This document shows positions 27,631 through 37,660 of a stretch of 64,000 bases of DNA, in pieces; the stretch's first letter is position 1, and each line of letters starts with the position of its first letter. The translations under genes and the position numbers were made by a program. The DNA comes from Lama glama. Its lineage: Eukaryota. The stretch lies in the NCBI GenBank assembly GCA_028534125.1, contig CM052816.1, forward strand, positions 53,074,001 through 53,138,000, given 5' to 3'. The notes below the pieces were generated by a model. It was not told the origin of the DNA and made no database searches. It saw nothing but the letters and a program-made list of their open reading frames with translations.

Positions 27631-30600
27631 ACTGCCCTCCAGGAGTCTCTCCGCTTTATTATGCTTACTCATCACTTGTTGAAAAAAGTGCAGCCCAAGA
27701 TCTCTAGCCGGATCCTAAATCCAAGTTTAATTAGTCTGCTGCACCTTCCACCCCCCTCCCTAATGAAAGCTGTTGGAAAATGGCTGGATTCTAGCTGAGA
27801 GAAAAGCAGTGAATTCTTAGTTCTGGCCCACTGTGAGGAACCGTAAGAGCCAACCTCAGCATGGAAATGAATGTGAGGCATTTATGATTATTGTAGAACT
27901 TGGCAGCAATTACAAAAGCCTGTTCCATGGTAGAAATGACCATGTTAAATTTCCATTCTTATTTGCATTCGTAAAAATAGAATAAAATGATTTCTTGGGT
28001 AGACGCATTCTCTGGGACTGGGAAATGCTTCTTGGTCATTACTGCTCCTTTCACTCTTCATATATTTTCCCTTGATGGCTACTGAAATAGCAGATACTTC
28101 ACACAGAGAGAACATTCATCACAGCAGATTCTTGATTGAAGTTGAATCAGATTCTTCCAGTGAAGCAGCCACTGCCAGGGAGTAAATCAGGCCCTTCTGG
28201 AAGCTCCACTCACACTCAATCTCACAGGACTTTAATTTCCAAACTACTCTTGGCAGGCCCGGGTCTCACCAGCGTCCCCAACTGCCTCCTCTCGCATCTG
28301 GCCCCTTGGTCCTTGACCAAGGGAGTGGGGTTTCACGACACTGAGTCGTCCCCTCGGGGTCAGGAGGCTCCCTCCCAGCAGTATCCAGACAGAGCCCGCG
28401 ATGCTGGTGCTGGTGCCGGGGAGACGAAGAGGTGAGAAGCGGCCTTGGCCCTTTGGTTTGCCTGCTGTGCTGGTAACATGCTTTGCTCTTCACACAGATC
28501 CCCCAGAATGTCAGTTGTCGAGGCTGGATGACTAGGACAGTATCTTCAGGAAGAAGACTTCAGATCGTGAAAATCACCCTAAGCTGAAGCAGCAGCGTCG
28601 GCAGTCCCTACTCCTGTGCGGGGACTCCTAGATGACCAATCGACAGCATTTCTTGGAGGTGGCGGTGGCGGTGGGGCCCCACGCTTCCCAGTGGTACCAT
28701 TTCCTCTGCCACTTTGTCTTGTCCTGAGAGTCCTGCTGTACCGTGTCTGCAGCCAACACGTTTCATGTCTCAGAAATCAAGGGCACCAAGGATGGGTCCA
28801 ACACTGTGTCCATCACTTCCCTCCGCTGAGCACCATGGTCTTGGCAGCCTACTGGGCATATTGTCAGTGCCCAGGACATCATTTTGAATGATTAGCTCAG
28901 TTGTTGAGCAAGAGGATAATGATAGTTCTGACCTTAAATGTAGACTCATCAAATCACTGTAGCAGTAATACAAAAACTCACTGAAAAACTGTGGGAGAAG
29001 AAATGAAACTTTCTCTAGGTCTAAAATCCACTAATGACCAGAATAAATGATATCATCTATATACAATCATGGAGAACTGATACAGGTACTTGAAAAGCAC
29101 ATTCTCCCTACCTCTTCTAATCCTTTGAATTTAAATCATTCCCATCACTAAGATCAAAGGGCAACACCTGACCTGGATAATTTTCTTCTCTATTTCCTAT
29201 TGATTTATTACTTTTAAATGTAGTCTTTTGCTTACCTAAGAAACAGGAATACAATTGCTATTTCAAGTCACTTTTCCTTTTTCCTTTTTTTTTATTGGCA
29301 CACAAGCATGCTCTGGCATCTCTTACCTTTAAAAAATATCTGCCCTTAGTCCTTAGAGCTGTCAGTTGATTTCTCCCTTCTCCACTAAAAGACGTCTGAG
29401 AACTGTGGACTCATGAATTACCTCCAATCCTGACTTTCCATTTATTTGTCCTTCAGACTTCTCTCCTCTGGCTTCTGCCCCCCCCCCCCGCCCCATGCTC
29501 TGCCAAAAGTGCTCTCTCCAGTAACCTCCACTTGGTCCATTCCAGGAGCACTTCTGAGTCCCCGTCCTACTGGAATGCTAGTTGGATGACCACCTAAGAA
29601 TCCTTCTACTGCACACGAATGAAGAACCAGCGGAAATGGTGGCAAACAAAAACAGTAAGTTTCTTGTATGGTTTAACAACTTTCTCCCCTCCAGTTTTCT
29701 CTTCATCCTGGCATTCATCAGATATTAGATGAGGCGGATTAATCCTCTATCTTTTCTACCTCCTTAGCTGTTTATTCAGCTTGAAGAGTTCATTCCCTCT
29801 CTTTTAAACCTTGTGTTGAATCTGTAACATCAGCTACCATAGTTTTTGTTTCTCAGGGTCATCCCCTGTTGTCAGATTATTCCTTTTTATGGCAACACAT
29901 TCTTGTTTCATAGCTGCAGAATTTCTGGCAAAACTAATTTTAATTTTTTCCTCCTACTCCCTGAATTGTCTGTTTTCTGAGTTACTTTGTTTAGGTCTTC
30001 GTCCACTGTATGGAGACTTTCTGAAAATGTCTGTGATTGGAAGCAGTCTGTTCACATTCTACAGGGAGACCTGGGAGCTCTGGTGGGCAGGGAAGGTGGA
30101 GCCGGTTGACCAGGGGTAGGTTGAGTGGGTGGGAGGCCAGCTTTGTCATTTGATGAATCTCCATCTCTCCTCAGACACAAATATCACCATGTGATGGTCT
30201 TTCCTCTTGGACAATTTAGTTTCTTCAGAAAGGAATCTTCCAGACTCCTCTGGGGTGGTGGTGGGCTGGGGTGGTGGTGTGGGTGCCTCAGATGTACTCA
30301 GACGGCAGCTGAGGGCTGTCTCAGAACCAGCCAGGCAGAAGGTGGCCAGGGCCCTGGCTGCTTCAGTGTTCAGCAGTACCTCTGCCCTCCTCTTGAACCT
30401 GCTATTTGAGTCCAGCTCTTCTCTGGCTCACTTTATCCAGGGAAGAGTCTTGCTGTGGGAAAGGAAGGTGTGGGAGGTGCCTCTTGCTCCTATGGGAATT
30501 TCCACCGCTCTCCTTTTCTCCAATACCTTATCCTTGCCTTTCAAAGAGCACAGTGCCTCCCAGTGCAGGCCCCTCAGGACTTGCGTGCTCCTCAGTGTCT

Positions 30601-31089
30601 CCCTGCCCTCTCTCAGATCAGCTCCCTCCACTCAGTTAAGCCATTTACCACCCATGCGTCTTTCAAATACTTCCTGACATTTCTTGCCCATAATTTTCTC
30701 CTCTTTTGTTCATTCCATTACTGTCATGTTAGGGCTTTAGGAAGGAATATCAATAAATGTATGTTTCAAGCCACATTTTAATTTTGGATTATATTTTGAT
30801 TCTTTAGGACTGCACTTCTACAGAAAATCAGAAAGTAAGAATTCTTTCTCAGTTGCACCCAATTCTTTCTCCAAAGAGTAAACATGAAGGTAAGTTTTTT
30901 GTTGTTAATTTAAAATGTTGCCTTTTGCATAATACTCCTTTTGTGTCATGTAAGTGAGATTATATTCTACTGAGAAAGAAAATGTGTATGGTTATTGCTG
31001 ACTTTTCAGATTATCCAGGAGCACCTACTCTCAGGTGTTCTTGCTTCTACTCAAATCTTTGTAGTTCTTTGTGATAGATTTTGGTATCA

Positions 31090-31290
31090 TATCTTCAGAA
31101 TAACAGCTAACAGTCTTCTATGTGCCATTCTTCTATGCACTCATTTAATCCACAGAACAGCCATACGAAGTCAGTATCATTACTGTCTCTATTTTGGAGA
31201 TGAACATGCTGAAGCACAGAGAGCAATTTATCCAAATTCACACAGCTACTGAGTGTCGCAGGAGTGCTTGCAGTTAACCACTGGGCCATG
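31090..31290 (-). mobile_element. MIR remnant
   Basis: tcatttaatccacag...tattttggagatgaacatgctgaagcacagagag. Confidence 0.65.
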
Positions 31291-31659
31291 CTCTGTTATA
31301 ATATCTTCTTCTTTTTATTTGATGAAATTTTTAAAGATTTTCTCACCTACTTCCCCAAAGGAAACTTACAATATTAAAACACCTAGAGACAGAGAGTTTA
31401 AAGCACACACAGAGCCAATTAAAAGCAGCAGAGGACTGTGTAGACCAGCAGTCTGAGATGAGTTGGCTTTTCCACTGAAGTGCTAAATTTGGCTCTGATT
31501 TCCTGCCAACTAATGGGAAAAAGTGAAATGTTAGATTATATGCTTCTCATTGTTTTGTAGAGCAAGCATGCAAATTACTTTGCAGAGAAAAAAGTTTTTG
31601 GCAACCGAACTCTAGAAGCAATTTCTAGAATTCTAATAAAAGAACTCCATGTTAGGGTT

Positions 31660-32195
31660 TTTTTTTTTTGAAACTTTTTTATTGGAAATGTAACACTTAC
31701 TCAGAAAAATACATACACATAAATGTACAGCTTATTGAATTATCATAAAGCGAGCTCCCACCTCATCACCACCCTGGCCAAGAAATAAAAGCTTAGCCCC
31801 CCAGAGGCTCTCTGACTGCACCTTTCTATTAAAAAAGCTCTCCTTTCCCCCAAATGTAACCATTATTATGACTTCTGTTCCAATCTTTTTTTTTATTTTA
31901 GTTTTTTACCACCTAAATAATATCCTGAATAAACACTGTAGTTTAGTTTTGCCTGTTTTTTTTTTTTAAACTTTGACTGGAATCATGTACTAGGTATTTT
32001 TGCTTTTTGCTCAACTTCATGTTAGTGAGGTTCATCCACACTGTTTTGTGTGGCTGTATGCACTTTTATTCTATGGCGCTCCATCATATGACTATACCAC
32101 AATTTGTCCTTTCATCAGTTGTGGACATTTGGGGTATCTGGTTGTTCGCTATTAGGAAGAATGCTGCTAGAAGCATGCCTGCATATGCCTCCTGA
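31660..32195 (-). mobile_element. Old L1 3' end
   Basis: T-tail then aaatgtacagcttattgaattatcataaagcgag...ggaatcatgtactagg...gaggttcatccacactgtt. Confidence 0.7.
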
Positions 32196-32224
32196 TTCTG
32201 GGATATGCATATTTCAGCTGGGCA

Positions 32225-32435
32225 ACCATCTTTTCCTTGTGTCTCTTCACTTCATCTTCCCTCTATACATGTCTATCTCCAAATTTCCCCACTTTATAAA
32301 GATACCAGTCATAATGGAATAGGGCTCCCCCTAATAACCTTATTTTAATTTGATTACCTCTGTAAAGACCCAAGCTCCAAAAAAGGACACAGACTGAGGG
32401 TCAGGACTTCAGCATATTAATTTTGAGGAACACAA
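32225..32435. mobile_element. MaLR LTR fragment (MLT1-like)
   Basis: ccaaatttcccc...gataccagtcataatgga...taatttgattacctctgtaaagacc...ggtcaggacttcagcatattaattttgagg. Confidence 0.7.
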
Positions 32436-32569
32436 ACAAGTTGGTCACACTAAAACATGTCCTCTGGGAAGAGGACAGTTTGTGCACAGGCATTAAGATA
32501 AGAGACTACACACAGTGCTAGAGTTCAGCAAGCCATGGGGCTGATAGGAGGGGCCAAATTACATTCAGC

Positions 32570-33130
32570 TCTGTCATCCATAGGAAGATTTCAGATTTTA
32601 TTCTAAGTGCAATGGAAAGTAACTAGAGGCTTTTATGCAGGGGAGAGACATGATCTCACCACTTTTGGGGCAGAGAATAAGCTGGAAGGAGACAAGAGTG
32701 GCAGTGAAAGGATCAGTTAGGAGACTAGTGTAGTGGAGATGAACACGGTCTGGACCGGGGTGGTGGTGGGAGTGGGTAAAGGACAGGGAAAGCAGTGGAT
32801 GTACACCAGATGTAAACTGGAGTTCGGCTTGACAAGACTTGTTGGATATGGAGGATGAGGGTGAGAAAGGCAGCAAGGGTAAATTTCAGGTTCCGAATTG
32901 CAGAACTGCATGAATTGCTTACAAAAAGGGGGATGGGGGACTGAGGATTGGGTCCAGGTTTTGACTGAGCAGGAGTCAAGGGAGAGAACCATTTTGGATA
33001 TATCTGAAATTGTATGAAGCATCCAAAAGAAGAGATCACTGGGCAGTTGAATATATACAGATCTAGTGCTGAGAAGAGGGATAAGCCAGATAAAACAAAA
33101 TTGGGAATCACCATGACAAATCATGTAGAG
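32570..33130 (-). mobile_element. L2 remnant
   Basis: gattttattctaagtgcaatggaaag...gggagagacatgatc...gggcagttgaatata...aattgggaatcacc. Confidence 0.7.
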
Positions 33131-34032
33131 CTAGGGGGAAAGGTAAGACGAAGAAGATAGAGAAAAGAGTTATGAAGAAAGTCTAGCAATATTTATAAGT
33201 AGGTATCTCTTCATCTCAACCACCTATGAAAACTGAAGACTAGAATCACGGTGCTTATAGATAATGCAGGGGAAAGCACGCTAGAGTTGGTGAGGTAACG
33301 TGTCTAGGTGTTACCTTCCAATGACGCACCTTAATGTAACACCAAAGCTTGAGTAACATTTGAGAAATGCATAATTGAAATTTAAAACCCTTTCAGCAGG
33401 TACTGGTCACAGTGAACTGATTGTTGCATTTTCTGGTGGTTGCTGGAAGAGTTAACTTTGTTTCAGAAACTTGGCACTGACCTATATACTTGCCCAGGTA
33501 AGTCATCCTATTTCTGAAAAGAGATGGGTCACTAAGTGGCCTGGAGGTAAGACCAAATAATTTTTAAATTGAGATTTGAGCCACTGGAACGCTTGAACGT
33601 TTACCCAAAGAAGATCTCAGAGGTTTGGGTCTTTAAGCATGAAAAAGATCATTTTGGCCTAAAACATTTATGGGATGTTTTTGCTAAGTGGACTGTTTCT
33701 ACTAAAGAACCATAGTACAGCTTTTGCATAATGTAATTCAGAGTAATATATCACAAAATGCCCATGTTGGCTACTTTCTTTCCCTTATCTTACTCCTCTC
33801 CCAAGTCAATAGTGTTAATTTACTGTTCTAGCTTAAATATATAGAATATTTTTAATATTCTATAGAATATCTTCAAAATAAAATTAATTCAGAGTAGGGC
33901 TTCTTATCCTGAATCTTTCAAAAGAAGTTTTAGGAATAACTCTAGGACTACTCCCGCTAGACTTCATTTTCTTTCCATTGGAAAATGGTTACAATCGTAA
34001 GGTTTCTCTGTAGTTTGCCAATCTATCATCTT

Positions 34033-34923
34033 CCCCCCCCCCACTTTCAGCTTATTAGTTTTTTATTGATCACTCTTTCTCCTGCAACCTCACCCCCCAC
34101 CCCCTACCCCCGGCGCGTAAATACTAGGAGCTGCACGAGCTGCATCGGAAAAGGGCACCAACGCGGTTTAGTGTCCTGTTCACAGGGGACTTGCGGGGTG
34201 GGTGCAGGGTCCAGCCCACATGTTCAGGATTCAAATATGGGTTGTGAGGGGAAAGTGGGATTTCTGGGGGTGTGGTGAAGTTTCACCAGTTTTGGTTTCA
34301 CAAATGCTGCTGTTTTGTTCCCCAAGGGGTTGCTAGGACCTGTTTGGGGCAGAAGTCGGGACAGGGTAGGTCGGGAGACCTCGAGCTTCAAGTTCTTGGG
34401 CCGACAGGCAGTTGTAAGAGTTGTTCTTGCTTTGCTCGAGGGTCCTCAGACCCAGACTTTTCTTGAAGTTGGAACGGCCTGGGGCCCTGGTGAGGCCCGG
34501 GTTTGCCGGGGCTGCGGGGCGCGCCGGCGCCGCTAGAGGGCTCGGCTGTAAGGCACGAGGCAGTCGGCCAGGCGTAGGCCCAAGCAGAGGCGGCGGTAGC
34601 TGGCCAGGGCAGGCAAGGACGAGCAGCGGCAGGAGCAGGAATCTGGTGACCTGCAAGGCTGTGAAGCCCGGGTCCCGCAGGTGCGCGGTACGCGGTGCGC
34701 ACGGGAGTACCTGGGAGCGCAGGAACTGGGAGCGGCAGAGGAAGCCAAAGCCTAGCATGGTGACAGCCGGTAGCAGGATGGTCCCCAGCACCAGCGCCAG
34801 CAGAAGACTGAAGGCAGCCACCAGCAGATTCTGGGCCGTGACCAGCACAGCGCAGGCCCAGCAGTCCCAGGGATCCCGGGAAAGGGCCGCTGAGCCCCCG
34901 GGGACATCCACCATGGCCCGTCT
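34033..34923 (-). pseudogene. TMEM88: Processed (retro) copy of TMEM88, with frameshift and nonsense codon
   Basis: ATG at 34914; DCWACAVLVTAQNLLVAAF...LGFGFLCRSQFLRSQ...HLRDPGFTAL matches TMEM88 with no intron. After a TGCC duplication (34608-34615) the parental frame reads LASYRRLCLGLRLADCLVPYSRAL*(TAG 34535-34533)RRRRAPQPRQTRASPGPQAVPTSRKVWV*(TGA 34448-34446). AATAAA at 34067-34062. TSD CCAATCTATC[A/G]TCTT at 34018-34032 and 34924-34938. Confidence 0.93.
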
Positions 34924-36093
34924 CCAATCTATCGTCTTTGATTACACAAAGCATCTGTTGGCGAAGGGTGTTTGATGCCCTTGGGGATAAATAACTTTTT
35001 AATTGTTCTTGGTAGTATTCTGACAGAAATTGGCCAGTAAGTTTAATTGCTTAAGGCTTTTCCTCAAAAACCATTATTGTACTCACAAACTTGTAATGAC
35101 TTGATAAAAAGGGCTTTTAACTATTACGCCAATATAAAGAGGCTCCACATGACCAAGGAAGTGCACCAAGATACGTACTTAGGGTTGAAATAACTCAAAC
35201 GGCTGCAGTCATAGGGAATTTTCTAGCTCTAGAAACACGAGAATACAGGTAAGTTGCTGAGGCTGACGTGAGTGACAGAGCACCCCAGCACCTGCAACTC
35301 TGAGACGTCACTGGAAGTGAAACAAGTTAACAGCCTAGGAATTTGTGTGGGGCCATATATGTCCCCATAACTCTCCTTGCAGGCACTATGTTCTGGGGAA
35401 CAAGGTTCCTAAATCCACACAGCATATTAGCCCTACGTTGCACCCAAAGCACTTCAAAGGGATCTGCTATATAATTTATTCGTATCTTAAGTTGCCTCTG
35501 AAGAGATTTGAACTTAATTGCTTTTTTTGGATTGAATTTATTTGAATTTTATTTGAAGTCACATCTTTTGATGTCTTTGATACTTGTTTTTAATCCTTCT
35601 TGAAAATTTTTATGGATCAAGAATTTCTCTAGCACATCTCAACACAAGAGACCCAAGGCCTTGTTTCAGCCTTGGGCAGCATCTGGGACCTAAGTCCCTT
35701 AAAGAAGGCCTGTCCTGAGACGTGTGCCCCTTGTGTGTTGGGGCAGCATCAGGTCAGCATCAGGCCAGCGAATCTGAAGGCTCTAATTAAGCTAGCCCTA
35801 CTTTCAAATGTAATGACAATAATCTTCTCCCAATTCAGATGATCCCAAATTGCTAAAATGAAAGGCATTTAAGGACCTTCCAATTTTGGAAGTTGACATT
35901 TCTAAACCATATTGGGGGAAAACAACAGTCGGGAAGAGGCAGAAGTACAGGGGTGGTGTAGTCTCTCAATCCTGCTTATCACGTTACAACAAATGCACAA
36001 CTTGCTGTGCTCCTTCTTTGAGGAGTGAAGTGACATTATAAACCACCAATGCTATTTTAAACAAACCAAATGAGCTTAACTCAATAAATATCT

Positions 36094-36099
36094 TTTATT
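36094..36099 (-). promoter_or_regulatory. Likely JMY distal polyadenylation signal AATAAA
   Basis: TTTATT on + strand; downstream GU-rich element on - strand. Confidence 0.65.
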
Positions 36100-37560
36100 A
36101 AAGAAAAGAAGGAATATTGTTAAGCACCAAAATTGTATGTTGTTACATTGCATGTACAAGAAGAGAAAGGTGATTGCAATACTTGGTTGTACAAGTACTT
36201 AACTCTGTAGTCATGGGTGTAAAAAACATGAAATACAAAGCAATACAATAATTACAATGCAGAAAAGTTGCACTAAAGAGCAAAAGGCAACAGTCAAAAC
36301 AATTATTGGAGATTTCAGAGTATTGCTCTAAATGCTTGCTTAGTTTTTTTTCTTTGTACTTTTAATACTTCAGAATGTTAATTGAGCATATTTAAGTACT
36401 GTAAATTTGCAAGAGCTGCCATTTACAATACACTTCACTGCACACTGTCCATTTAGTGTAACAGGTTTTAAAGCCATCCTGAAAAGCCAAGCACAATGTG
36501 CTAGTGTTTCACTTCTACCATTATAATATTGCACAAAGCTAGTAAATTGGTTTGCCATTAAAATTTTCATTTAACCAGAAAGGCTAAAAAACATGTCAGT
36601 TTCATCAGCCCTAATGGACTTTTATTCATGCAAAAGGATCTGTAGCCTTCGATTTTTCATAAACTATAATATATATTATGGTTTCACACATGGCAAGACA
36701 TACAGTACAGTAAGAAATTCAATAAAACAGTGGGGATTCTGTCCAAGTCAGAAGTCACTGCATGGGTTGTATTGTCTACCCCTCTTGGTTCACAAATGAA
36801 TGGAAAGTGTCGTCTTGTGATTATGGAGAATTCTTAAAACCAATGTAATTAGTACTAGGAGAAGCTAGAGTAACTTGCTGCACTCTTTGACAGTTAACCA
36901 TAGAACATTCAAGTTAAAAAACCCCAAACTTCCCTTGTTAAAATTGAACTCTACCCAACACCCATACCTTTGTATACATCTGAAAATCACTTTCCACGGA
37001 CTTTCCTTAACTCATCAATTTGAGCCTCTCTTAGTCATACCTGACCCCTCCCTCCAAAAAAACTTTCCCCTAACCCTTAAAACAAATGACTGCTTTGAAA
37101 TTTGGTGTGAGAGAACATTGATGAAATATTGAATATGGCAACCTCAGAGTATTTTCTGTACATGCACCTTACAGTGACTTAATAAATGTGTTTGGAGAAG
37201 GGGAGAGACATTTATGAATCTGGAATTCAGTCAATTAAATTCTTCAAATACAAGTGGTACATTTACTGTTGGTAAAACAGAAAATTTCAGAATGAACAGA
37301 TCTTTGAAATAATTCACCTGGCAAACATTTAAAACACACACACACACACAGAATCCAGACTCCCTCTCACCTTTAAAAATCCTGTTTATATAGATGAGTT
37401 TAGGCAGCAATATAAACTCATTTTGTAGGAAAAACTTAAATTAGACTATACTTATAGGATAAAAAAATGCTACTGCTTCATTTTACAAAGCAATTAAGCA
37501 GAGACTTTATGTGCTTTAAATAAAGAGCACTTTGCAGCAAAGTTCAGAAATAACTACTGA

Positions 37561-37660
37561 NNNNNNNNNNNNNNNNNNNNNNNNNNNNNNNNNNNNNNNN
37601 NNNNNNNNNNNNNNNNNNNNNNNNNNNNNNNNNNNNNNNNNNNNNNNNNNNNNNNNNNNN
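37561..37660. other. Assembly gap (100 N)
   Basis: Run of N; true length unknown. Confidence 1.

Noticed and set aside
30125..30781. Cluster of overlapping 67-156 aa ORFs
   Set aside because: No recognisable homology or splice structure; likely degenerate L1/HAL1-type 5' sequence.
32598..33124. Three overlapping - strand ORFs of 92-135 aa
   Set aside because: Fall inside an L2 remnant.
34421..34975. 184-aa + strand ORF and 188-aa alternate-frame - strand ORF (34388-34954)
   Set aside because: Shadows of the GC-rich TMEM88 retrocopy; they do not start at a credible ATG and resemble no known protein.
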